Made by a program: the position numbers and the translations under genes. Shown piece after piece: positions 10,369-19,333 of a stretch of 64,000 bases of DNA. Origin of the DNA: Bacteroidia bacterium (GTDB taxonomy: Bacteria > Bacteroidota > Bacteroidia > Flavobacteriales > Flavobacteriaceae); NCBI GenBank assembly GCA_030431695.1, contig JAUIIU010000003.1, positions 13,990 to 77,989 of the forward strand. The letters run 5' to 3'. Position 1 is the stretch's first letter, and each line of letters opens with the position of its first letter. The notes below the pieces were generated by a model that made no database searches, had not been told where the DNA came from, and worked only from the letters and a program-made list of their open reading frames with translations.

Positions 10369-10949
10369 TGGATAAGGCGGAAATACGAGAAAAATACAAA
10401 CAACGAAGAAGACAGCTGGACGATTCGGAAATCGATAGTTTCAGTATGGAAATAGCAAATCGTAGCCTTGAACTGGCCATCTGGGATAAGACTTATTATC
10501 ATATTTATCTACCTATCAGGAAGTTCAGAGAGGTCAACACCGAATACTTACTACACATTCTTCAGGGAAAGGACAAAAGTGTGGTTTTGAGCAAATCCGA
10601 CATGAGTACCGGGACAATGAAACATATGCTATTACAGGAAAATACGGTCATTCGTGAAGGGTCGTTCGGAATACCGGAACCTGAGGACGGTATTGAGATC
10701 TCACCGGAGCTTCTGGATGTGGTTTTCGTTCCACTCTTAGCATTTAATAAAGATGGACACAGGGTTGGATATGGAAAAGGGTTTTACGACCGTTTTTTGT
10801 CCGAATGCCGCCGCGACTGCCTGAAAATAGGCCTCTCTTTTTTCGAGACAGAACCTTTTTTTATCCATGAAAACAGGGATTTTCCGATGGATTATTGCAT
10901 TACACCGAAAAAAATCCACTGTTTTAAAAATTCTAACCTATATTTATAA
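10368..10949 (+). CDS. 5-formyltetrahydrofolate cyclo-ligase
   Basis: The 193-aa length and the GYGKGFYDRFL motif are characteristic of the family. Confidence 0.8.
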   Translation: MDKAEIREKYKQRRRQLDDSEIDSFSMEIANRSLELAIWDKTYYHIYLPIRKFREVNTEYLLHILQGKDKSVVLSKSDMSTGTMKHMLLQENTVIREGSFGIPEPEDGIEISPELLDVVFVPLLAFNKDGHRVGYGKGFYDRFLSECRRDCLKIGLSFFETEPFFIHENRDFPMDYCITPKKIHCFKNSNLYL

Positions 10950-10977
10950 CGAATTAATAACCAACTAATTTTAGATT

Positions 10978-11256
10978 ATGGAAACAACTAACAATCAAGC
11001 TGGGACTCCTCCCGATAACAATCTGGTATGGGCAATCATTTGTACAGTACTATGCTGCCTGCCTTTAGGAATCGTGGCTATCATCAAATCTACTAAGGTA
11101 AAAGAATTGTGGATGGCCGGAGACCATGCAGGAGCTCAAAAAGCTGCCGATGACGCTAAAAAATATGCTATCTGGGGTATGGTTGCCGGTGGTGTTGTTA
11201 TACTTCTATACGTTATTTTTGTTGTAGTATTAGGAGTTGCCGGTGGTGGATTCTAA
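10978..11256 (+). CDS. CD225/dispanin-family small membrane protein
   Basis: A two-TM 92-aa protein with the NNLVWAIICTVLCCLPLGIVAIIKS motif typical of the CD225 family. Confidence 0.7.
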   Translation: METTNNQAGTPPDNNLVWAIICTVLCCLPLGIVAIIKSTKVKELWMAGDHAGAQKAADDAKKYAIWGMVAGGVVILLYVIFVVVLGVAGGGF

Positions 11257-11644
11257 GAAGATTATAGTAATCGCCCTCACGATCTTTATTCTTGGGGGCG
11301 GTTTTTTATACTATTACTTCAACAATCCCACTAATAATATTCGCTTTCTCCCCTGTCCCTTTAAACTGCTTTCCGGGTATAATTGCCCCGGATGTGGTTC
11401 ACAACGGGCTATACACCAATTACTTCACCTGGATATCGGAGCTGCTTTCCGTCTAAACCCTCTCTTAGTTCTCTCAATTCCTATTATTCTTTACGGCCTG
11501 GGTACACGAGCGTATAACTACGTTTTCGACAAGTCCCATCGCGTACAGTTCTTTTACAGTAAATGGTTCATTTACAGTTACTTCGGAATAGCTGTCATCT
11601 ACTGGGTTGTTAGAAATCTCTCCATCTACCCCTTCGTAAAATAG
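11237..11644 (+). CDS. DUF2752-like membrane protein
   Basis: It carries a CPFKLLSGYNCPGCGSQRA motif followed by TM helices. It overlaps the CD225 gene end, and a non-ATG start (TTG/GTG) is implied. Confidence 0.6.
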   Translation: MPVVDSKKIIVIALTIFILGGGFLYYYFNNPTNNIRFLPCPFKLLSGYNCPGCGSQRAIHQLLHLDIGAAFRLNPLLVLSIPIILYGLGTRAYNYVFDKSHRVQFFYSKWFIYSYFGIAVIYWVVRNLSIYPFVK

Positions 11645-11726
11645 GCCAGTCACTTTAAATAGTTTTGAAAGAATTATCCTACAATTCGGATATTTTTGCT
11701 ATATTTCGCCCCGTAACGATGATTGA

Positions 11727-12875
11727 ATGAACTTTTTAGCTCAGAAGCGCAGTAAGATACTGTTGCATCATAGTGAAAATCATAGAGCCACGCCCCCGGA
11801 TACAGTTCCTCTCAGAAATTTTTATTACGAGGAAATCGCCAAACTAACAGGCTCGGGAGGTTGGTCCGTGGATTTCCGGGAAAAAAAGACCTTCCTGGAT
11901 GCAGAAGCACGCCGAATCCTTGAAATTCCGAAGGATTACAGCGCGAGCTTGCGTACTTCCCTTGATTTTTATGCCGATGAGTCGAAAGATATGGCAGCTT
12001 CAATGTACTTGGACTGTTCCAATGGACATCCGTTCTGTACTACGCTAAAAATGCAGACCTATTCTAAGAGACAATTCTGGGCAAAGGCCATCGGAAAGCC
12101 TGTTTATGATGACAATAAGGAGATCATAGGGATCCAGGGAGTATTCCAGGACATCTCTTCGGAAAAGAACAAGGAACTGGAACTACTGCGAAGCTTGAAA
12201 CTTATTGAATGCCAGAATGCCAAACTTAACAGCTTCGCGACCATCATTACCAACAGTATGCGATCTCATTCCGGGAACCTGGAAATGACCCTTGAGCTGA
12301 TGAAAGGAGCCTCCAGCCTGGAGGAAAAAGAGGAACTCTGTGAAGGTCTGTACGAGATCTCCGAGAGCATTTCCAATACCATAAATCACCTAACAGAACT
12401 TAGTAGTATTCAGATAACGGCCAAAAGACCACTGGAAACCGTTGATATTCAACAAATACTGGAGAAAGTGAAAAATAAACTCTCCGGCACGCTTTCCAAT
12501 GCCAGGGCCGAGATATTCAGCGATTTCTCCGAGGTTCCTGCTGTAGACTACATTCCATCCTATATGGAAAGCATCCTGGAAAATCTCATTACCAATGCTG
12601 TAAAGTACCGTCACCCGGACCGCAGCCCTGTTATCGAGATCTATTCCATTCTTGAAGAAGACGCTCCCTGCCTGCTGGTCAAAGACAACGGCCTGGGTAT
12701 CGACCTGGAAAAATACGGCGACAGGATCTTCAACATCTACGAATCCTTCCACACCAGTAATAATTCGGAAGGTGTTGGCCTGTTCCTGCTTAGGAATAAG
12801 GTAGAGTCCCTACAGGGCAGCATCTCCGTTCAAAGTGAAGTAAATAAGGGAAGTACGTTCGTAGTGAAATTTTAG
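11727..12875 (+). CDS. sensor histidine kinase (PAS-like + HisKA/HATPase)
   Basis: It has an H-box-like region (NSMRSHSGNL) plus an N-box (ITNAVKY) and G-boxes (DNGLGID, GVGLFL). No response regulator is adjacent. Confidence 0.8.
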   Translation: MNFLAQKRSKILLHHSENHRATPPDTVPLRNFYYEEIAKLTGSGGWSVDFREKKTFLDAEARRILEIPKDYSASLRTSLDFYADESKDMAASMYLDCSNGHPFCTTLKMQTYSKRQFWAKAIGKPVYDDNKEIIGIQGVFQDISSEKNKELELLRSLKLIECQNAKLNSFATIITNSMRSHSGNLEMTLELMKGASSLEEKEELCEGLYEISESISNTINHLTELSSIQITAKRPLETVDIQQILEKVKNKLSGTLSNARAEIFSDFSEVPAVDYIPSYMESILENLITNAVKYRHPDRSPVIEIYSILEEDAPCLLVKDNGLGIDLEKYGDRIFNIYESFHTSNNSEGVGLFLLRNKVESLQGSISVQSEVNKGSTFVVKF

Positions 12876-13504
12876 GGTTGGTTCGCCTTTTTTAACAAGA
12901 CATTTCCTTTTCTGCTCTCCGCCTCAATAAAGAATTTCCCTTGCAGAGATAGTTCATTTACCACATTTCCTTCACCGGATATTCCCCTTCCACCAACATT
13001 AGGCCCGGCATTTACCTGTATATCCCCTAATTCGGTAAATAACCTCGCATCTCCTGTAAATTTATCGAGAAGTATGTTTCCTTCGGAAAGCGATACCTGA
13101 AGTTCCCGGAGTGAACCCGAATGCTCCACTGTGGCCAGGGCAGATCGAACGATAACCACCAGGCCTTCGGGAATATCAAGCTCGGCTTCAAGTGACAACA
13201 CCTTGTGCGCCGCAAGTTTATCGTTGTCCTTCTCAAAGTACGGACCAAATCCGGAAGTAACGGCAAGCATTCGACCCTTCAGGACAGAATTCACGACAAC
13301 AGATTCACTGTACTCCCCTTCAACTCTTGCGGTTAGACTGATATATTCCCCCGGTCCCGAGGAGATCGATATTCGGTATATGGCATCCGAATCGATCAGC
13401 AATGTATCCACCTCGGCCCTGTCCCATTGTTTTTCAATGGTTTTCTGGGCAGATGCCGCGAATACACTCAAGGTGAGTACGATAAAAAGGATACAATTCC
13501 GCAT
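12872..13504 (-). CDS. hypothetical secreted protein
   Basis: A 210-aa ORF with a signal peptide (MRNCILFIVLTLSVFAASAQ). No family was recognised. Confidence 0.45.
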   Translation of the reverse strand: MRNCILFIVLTLSVFAASAQKTIEKQWDRAEVDTLLIDSDAIYRISISSGPGEYISLTARVEGEYSESVVVNSVLKGRMLAVTSGFGPYFEKDNDKLAAHKVLSLEAELDIPEGLVVIVRSALATVEHSGSLRELQVSLSEGNILLDKFTGDARLFTELGDIQVNAGPNVGGRGISGEGNVVNELSLQGKFFIEAESRKGNVLLKKANQP

Positions 13505-13531
13505 AAAAAAACCCCAAATTCAATTTGGGGT
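13505..13531 (-). terminator. intrinsic terminator after the dksA-like gene
   Basis: Inverted repeat ACCCCAAA / TTTGGGGT. On the minus strand it is followed by a run of T (A-run 13505-13510 on the plus strand). Confidence 0.6.
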
Positions 13532-13560
13532 CAAAGTTATGATTAATGGCCGTTACCGGC

Positions 13561-13944
13561 TTATTTCTGCATGTTCTTCGCCTCGATACTGAGCGTGGCA
13601 TGAGGAACAAGCTTCAGGCGTTCCGGGTTGATCAGTTTTCCGGTCACCCGACAAATACCATATGTCTTATTCTCGATACGGATAAGTGCATTCTTCAGAT
13701 CGCGAATGAACTTCTCCTGCCGGATGGCAAGCTGTGACGAAGTTTCCTTACTCATCACCTCGCTCCCTTCGTCGAAGGCCTTGAAGGTAGGCGATGTGTC
13801 GTCGGTACCATTATTACTGTCGTTCTTATACGCACTTTCGATAAGCTCCAGTTGCTCCTGTGCCTTTTCTATCTTTTCCTGGATCAGTTTTCTGAATTCC
13901 TCCAGTTCCTTATCGCTATATCGATTCTTTACTTCCTTAGCCAT
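13561..13944 (-). CDS. DksA/TraR-family regulator
   Basis: A 127-aa protein with coiled-coil-like N-terminal helices and a DksA-like C-terminal region. It sits directly downstream of ileS, an arrangement common in Bacteroidota. Confidence 0.75.
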   Translation of the reverse strand: MAKEVKNRYSDKELEEFRKLIQEKIEKAQEQLELIESAYKNDSNNGTDDTSPTFKAFDEGSEVMSKETSSQLAIRQEKFIRDLKNALIRIENKTYGICRVTGKLINPERLKLVPHATLSIEAKNMQK

Positions 13945-13948
13945 CTTC

Positions 13949-16900
13949 TTAATGTTTTTTAATTTCTAATCTGGTTACTACATCGTCGAAAGCAATTTCC
14001 GTTCCATTTGCTACTTCGCTTTCAAACTGAAGCACCTCTGTTAATGTTTCTTGTTTTATATAGTCCAGGTTCTCTGCCACTGCCGGTTGCAACTGATCAT
14101 CATTCTGAATGGTGATCTCAACCCTGTCGGTAACTTCGAATCCTGAATCTTTTCGTATGTTCTGAATGCGGTTTACCAGCTCCCTGGCGATCCCCTCATT
14201 CCTTAATTTTGGCGTGATGGTCACATCGAGTGCCACCGTCATACCGTCGGCACTGGCTACCAGCCAGCCTTCAATATCCTGCGAACTTATAAGAACATCA
14301 TCGAGTGTTAATGTAATGCTTTTTTCATTAACCAACACTGATATTTCACCGTCTTTTTCAAGTTGTGAGATCTCTTCCTGCCCGAAGGTGTTGATCACCT
14401 GGGCAACTGCTTTCATATCCTTTCCGAAATGCGGCCCGAGCTTCTTAAAATTCGGTTTTATTTGCTTCACCAGGATTCCCGATCCTTCATCGATCAGTTC
14501 TATCTCCTTCACATTCACTTCGGAACGGATCAAATCCGAAACAGCCTCGATGGCATGTTTTTCGGAAGCTTCCAACACAGGGATCATGATCTTCTGAAGG
14601 GGTTGGCGCACTTTGATCCTTTCGCGCTGTCTCAACGACAAAACAAGGGAACTTATTGTCTGTGCACGGTGCATCTTCTTTTCAAGGTCCCTATCGACAT
14701 AAGACGCATCAGCAACCGGAAAGTTACTCAGGTGGACCGAATTTTTACCTTCGTGTACCACACCCGAGGTAAGATCCTTGTACATTCTGTCCATAAAGAA
14801 GGGTGCAATTGGCGCAGCAAGCCTGGTCACCACTTCAAGACAATTATACAGGGTCTGGTAAGCAGAGATCTTATCCTCACCATAACTTCCCTTCCAGTAA
14901 CGTCTCCTGCTCAAACGAACAAACCAGTTACTCAGGTAGTCTTGCACAAATATTGAAATAGCCCTGGCTGCCTTCGTCGGTTCGTAATCGGCATAGGCAT
15001 CATCCACTTTTTGGATAAGGGTATGCAATTCCGAAAGTATCCATCGGTCGATCTCCGGCCTTTTGTTCAATGGGATGTCGTCTTCGGCATAATCAAACCC
15101 GTCGAGATTGGCATACAGACTGAAGAAACTGTAGGTGTTGTAAAGTGTTCCGAAGAATTTATTCCGAACCTCCGCTATCCCCGCACTATCGAACTTCAGG
15201 TTATCCCATGGGTTCGCATTACTTATCATATACCAACGGGTCGCATCCGGGCCATATTCCTTCAGGGTATCGAAAGGATCCACGGCATTACCCAATCTTT
15301 TGGACATTTTCTGCCCGTCCTTATCGAGAACCAGCCCGTTACTCACCACGTTCTTGTATGCAATATCATCGAAGATCATGGTTGCAATGGCGTGCAGGGT
15401 ATAGAACCAGCCACGTGTCTGATCCACACCTTCCGCGATAAAATCTGCCTTTCGCCATGTTTTTTCAACTTTTTCCTTGTTCTCGAACGGATAGTGCCAT
15501 TGGGCGTAGGGCATACTCCCACTGTCGAACCACACATCGATGAGGTCGGCCTCGCGTTTCATGGGTTTGCCCGAATCAGAGACCAGGACTATCTCATCCA
15601 CAATATTCTTGTGAAGATCGGCCTTTTCGTAGTTCTCTTCGGAATAGTTACCGATCTCAAAATCTTCGAACAGCACTTTGTCCATGAAACCGGCTTTAAC
15701 CGACTTATGCATTTCGGTTTCCAGTTCCTCTATACTTCCGATACATTTGGCCTCCTTACCATCTTCCGTGCGCCATATCGGTAGCGGGATCCCCCAATAG
15801 CGGGATCGCGACAGGTTCCAGTCGTTGGCGTTGGCCAGCCAGTTCCCGAAACGTCCTTCCCCGGTAGCTTTTGGCTTCCAGTTGATCTTCTGATTCAGCT
15901 CGAACATCCTGTCCTTGAATTCCGTCACCTTGATGAACCAGGAATCAAGCGGGTAGTAAAGGATCGGTTTATCGGTACGCCAGCAGTTCGGGTAGCTGTG
16001 TACATATTTTTCAACCTTGAAGGCTTTATTCTCTATCTTCAGTTTGATGGCCAGTTCTACATCGACACTCTTCTCCGGGGCTTCATTGTTGTCATAATAC
16101 TCGTTCTTCACATATTTCCCCGCAAATTCGTCCATCTCCGGCCTGAATCTTCCCTGCAGGTCGACTAGCGGCACCAGGTTGTCATTTTCGTCCATTACGA
16201 GCATGGGAGGAACTTCGGGAGTCGCTTCCTTGGCTACCTTGGCATCATCTGCACCAAAAGTAGGAGCAGTGTGTACGATACCCGTTCCATCTTCAGTTGT
16301 CACAAAGTCTCCCGTGATCACACGGAAGGCATTTTCGGGATTATCGTGAGGCAAGGCATAAGGCAGCAGTTGCTCATATCCAATACCCTCCAGGTCACTC
16401 CCTTTGAATTCCTTCAGAATAAAATAAGGGATCTTCTTTGCTCCTTCTTCGTAAGTAGCCAGGTCGGATTCATTCTCCGCTTCCACAAATTTCCCTCCGA
16501 ATTGATACCCGACAAGATTCTTCGCCAGGACAACATTGATCGGCTCGAAGGTGTACTGGTTGAATGATTTCACCAACACATAATCGATCTTCGGACCAAC
16601 GGTAAGCGCTGTATTGCTTGGTAAGGTCCAGGGAGTGGTCGTCCAGGCAAGGAAATGCACATCTCCGTATCCTTTCAGGAAATCGGGCAGTGTTTCGCCC
16701 TTAGCCCTGAATTGTGCCACCACGGTAGTATCTGTCACATCCTGGTAGGTTCCCGGCATGTTGAGCTCGTGTGAACTCAGCCCGGTACCCGCCTTGGGCG
16801 AATAAGGCTGGATGGTATATCCCTTGTACAGCAGGTCCTTCTCCCATATCTGTTTAAGGATCCACCATACGGTTTCCATGTATTTCGACTTATAGGTGAT

Positions 16901-17350
16901 GTACGGATCGTCCATATCCACCCAGTAACCATAACTTTCTGTAACTCTGTTCCAAACGTCAGTATACCGCATCACCGCCTTTTTACAGGCTTCGTTGTAT
17001 TCTTCAACTGTGATCTTCGTCCCGATATCCTCTTTGGTGATCCCCAGTTCCTTTTCAACACCCAGTTCGATAGGCAGGCCATGGGTATCCCAACCAGCTT
17101 TCCGGTCTACTTTAAATCCTTTTTGAGTTTTGTATCGGCAAAATATATCCTTGATCGAGCGGGCCATCACGTGGTGAATACCCGGCAATCCGTTTGCAGA
17201 CGGCGGCCCTTCAAAGAACACAAATGTTTCGGCACCCTCGCGAATGGCAATACTCTCTTCGAAGATCTTTTCGTCTTTCCAGAAATCGAGTATTTCTTCC
17301 GCCAGTTGTGGAAGGTTCAGTCCTTTGTATTCCTTAAAATTCTTACTCAT
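13949..17350 (-). CDS. ileS: isoleucine--tRNA ligase
   Basis: The 1133-aa ORF has the class I HIGH-type motif (PSANGLPGIHH) and KMSKR. Confidence 0.97.
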   Translation of the reverse strand: MSKNFKEYKGLNLPQLAEEILDFWKDEKIFEESIAIREGAETFVFFEGPPSANGLPGIHHVMARSIKDIFCRYKTQKGFKVDRKAGWDTHGLPIELGVEKELGITKEDIGTKITVEEYNEACKKAVMRYTDVWNRVTESYGYWVDMDDPYITYKSKYMETVWWILKQIWEKDLLYKGYTIQPYSPKAGTGLSSHELNMPGTYQDVTDTTVVAQFRAKGETLPDFLKGYGDVHFLAWTTTPWTLPSNTALTVGPKIDYVLVKSFNQYTFEPINVVLAKNLVGYQFGGKFVEAENESDLATYEEGAKKIPYFILKEFKGSDLEGIGYEQLLPYALPHDNPENAFRVITGDFVTTEDGTGIVHTAPTFGADDAKVAKEATPEVPPMLVMDENDNLVPLVDLQGRFRPEMDEFAGKYVKNEYYDNNEAPEKSVDVELAIKLKIENKAFKVEKYVHSYPNCWRTDKPILYYPLDSWFIKVTEFKDRMFELNQKINWKPKATGEGRFGNWLANANDWNLSRSRYWGIPLPIWRTEDGKEAKCIGSIEELETEMHKSVKAGFMDKVLFEDFEIGNYSEENYEKADLHKNIVDEIVLVSDSGKPMKREADLIDVWFDSGSMPYAQWHYPFENKEKVEKTWRKADFIAEGVDQTRGWFYTLHAIATMIFDDIAYKNVVSNGLVLDKDGQKMSKRLGNAVDPFDTLKEYGPDATRWYMISNANPWDNLKFDSAGIAEVRNKFFGTLYNTYSFFSLYANLDGFDYAEDDIPLNKRPEIDRWILSELHTLIQKVDDAYADYEPTKAARAISIFVQDYLSNWFVRLSRRRYWKGSYGEDKISAYQTLYNCLEVVTRLAAPIAPFFMDRMYKDLTSGVVHEGKNSVHLSNFPVADASYVDRDLEKKMHRAQTISSLVLSLRQRERIKVRQPLQKIMIPVLEASEKHAIEAVSDLIRSEVNVKEIELIDEGSGILVKQIKPNFKKLGPHFGKDMKAVAQVINTFGQEEISQLEKDGEISVLVNEKSITLTLDDVLISSQDIEGWLVASADGMTVALDVTITPKLRNEGIARELVNRIQNIRKDSGFEVTDRVEITIQNDDQLQPAVAENLDYIKQETLTEVLQFESEVANGTEIAFDDVVTRLEIKKH

Positions 17351-17474
17351 AAGCTCTTGCCCTTCAATAAGGACGCGAAATTACGGAATTTTGCATTAAA
17401 ATTCCACCTGTTTTGCCCTGATGTAAGTCAAACTTCAAAAAGTCATATCTTTATCTGAACCAACCGTCATTCCC

Positions 17475-18404
17475 TTGAAAAGAATACTGCTACTGTTAGT
17501 CCTGTCCACACTGCCCCTGTCGGCACAGAATTATGTGGACCTGCTCCGAATCGGCTACGGCCAGACCTTCAATAATGATTTTGAGAATAGCCCCAACAGC
17601 ACCCAGGTAAAGTCCTTTGAGGCAGACCTTACCTTTCCGGTTCCTTTGAGCGACAACAACGTGCTGATCACCGGGGGTTCGTTCAGCAGGAACAACCTGC
17701 AGTTATTTCCGGATGCCGACTTCACCAGCCTCCTCAGCACCACACTGAAAGCCGGGCTGGCCACTACCTACAATGAGAAATGGAGCAGTACAATTGTGTT
17801 ACTTCCGAAGATCGCTTCAGACTATAAGAACATCAGCGGAGATGATTTTTACGTAGGTGGTTTCGCCTTGCTGAAACTAAAGAAATCGGACAATCTCATT
17901 TACCGATTTGGTGCTTACGGATCTACGGAAGCCTTCGGCTTCTTCTCTACACCTATCTTCGGCTGGTATTATTTAAGTCCGAACGGTCGCTTCGAAATGG
18001 ACATGTCACTGCCTATATCGGGTGATATCAACTACTGTATGGGTGCGACGACCATTGGCATGGATTACTTCGGAATAGGCCGTAGTTTCAACATTACCGA
18101 AACGAATGCCCCGGATGTTTACGTCGACCTCAGCTCACTTGAATTTGCCAGTTACGTTCAGTTCAACACCCTGGGTAACAGTGTGCTGCTCAGGGCCAAA
18201 TTCGGATATGCGAGTAATGATTACGAAGTGTATCAACAAGGAGAGAAGATTGACCTGGGGATCTCGGCCTTCAGCTTCGGAGATGATCGTATGCAATTGA
18301 ATCCTACCATCAGCGGCGGATTATTTCTTAAATTTGAAGCAATCTACCGTTTTCGCCTGACAAGCGATTCCGAAGAAATCGACTCCCCGACTGAAGACAA
18401 TTAA
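17475..18404 (+). CDS. predicted outer-membrane beta-barrel protein
   Basis: It has a signal peptide and an alternating beta-strand-like pattern. A TTG start is implied, and the family was not recognised. Confidence 0.45.
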   Translation: MKRILLLLVLSTLPLSAQNYVDLLRIGYGQTFNNDFENSPNSTQVKSFEADLTFPVPLSDNNVLITGGSFSRNNLQLFPDADFTSLLSTTLKAGLATTYNEKWSSTIVLLPKIASDYKNISGDDFYVGGFALLKLKKSDNLIYRFGAYGSTEAFGFFSTPIFGWYYLSPNGRFEMDMSLPISGDINYCMGATTIGMDYFGIGRSFNITETNAPDVYVDLSSLEFASYVQFNTLGNSVLLRAKFGYASNDYEVYQQGEKIDLGISAFSFGDDRMQLNPTISGGLFLKFEAIYRFRLTSDSEEIDSPTEDN

Positions 18405-18407
18405 CAC

Positions 18408-18758
18408 ATGGAACGTTTATGCCCGGAATGTGGCGAGAAGATCATTGGTCGCTCCGACAAGAAGTTTTGCAGCGATGCCTGCCGTAATTCCTTTAACAAT
18501 GCGCTGAACAAGGACAGTAAGAACCTGGTTCGCAATATCAATAATAGACTGAGGAAGAACTACCGTATCCTCGAGTCTCTGAACTCTAAGGACAAAACCA
18601 AGGTGCGAAAGGAAACGCTCTTGAAGCAGGGTTTCAACTTCGTTTACTTCACAAGTGAATACGTGACAAAGACCGGTTCGGTATACAAATACGTGTACGA
18701 CCAGGGCTACCTGCCATTGGACAACGACTGGTTTTTACTGGTAAAAAAAGATTCTTAG
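18408..18758 (+). CDS. hypothetical zinc-ribbon protein
   Basis: It has an N-terminal CPECGEKIIGRSDKKFCSDAC zinc-ribbon-like motif and a basic region. Confidence 0.5.
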   Translation: MERLCPECGEKIIGRSDKKFCSDACRNSFNNALNKDSKNLVRNINNRLRKNYRILESLNSKDKTKVRKETLLKQGFNFVYFTSEYVTKTGSVYKYVYDQGYLPLDNDWFLLVKKDS

Positions 18759-18762
18759 GAAA

Positions 18763-19227
18763 TTATTTCCAATTCCTCCCCTTGAGTTGGAGGGCGGCTT
18801 TGAGCACGTCCTTCTGACTAATCTGTCCAACCAGTTTCCCATCCTCGACTATAGGGAAACGGCGGTGTTTAGATGTAAGGAATTTATCCGCTGCGTCGAA
18901 GACATTCATATTCCCGTCTATGGTCTCCACGTTGGTCGCCATATGCTGTTCCACCTTGAAGTCCTGCAGAGGTTGATTATAGTACCTGCTGTTACTGATC
19001 TGTTTCATACAGTCTCCTTCGGAAATGATCCCGACAAGTTCATTCTTATCGTTCACCACCGGCCCACCGGAGATCCGTTTGCGAATTAGCGTATTCATCA
19101 CCTCCAAAACCGACTGGTTTGGGCGAAAAGTGATCAGGTTGGTCGTCATATAATCAGACACCTTGATATTCTCTGAAGATCCTTTCTGGGGCTTGGCTCT
19201 TTTCCCGATATAACTTTTGATACTCAT
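18763..19227 (-). CDS. CBS domain-containing protein
   Basis: It contains a tandem CBS pair (VVNDKNELVGIISEGD, IVEDGKLVGQISQKD). The ATG at 19227 is preferred over the upstream TTG. Confidence 0.8.
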   Translation of the reverse strand: MSIKSYIGKRAKPQKGSSENIKVSDYMTTNLITFRPNQSVLEVMNTLIRKRISGGPVVNDKNELVGIISEGDCMKQISNSRYYNQPLQDFKVEQHMATNVETIDGNMNVFDAADKFLTSKHRRFPIVEDGKLVGQISQKDVLKAALQLKGRNWK

Positions 19228-19333
19228 GATTGTTAGGCGTTTGTTTCTCTTAAATATAGTAAAAACCAATGAATTGCCTTTGTAATATTTTCTTACACTA
19301 AAAATTGTAACTTTAAAACGATATTACCGCTTT

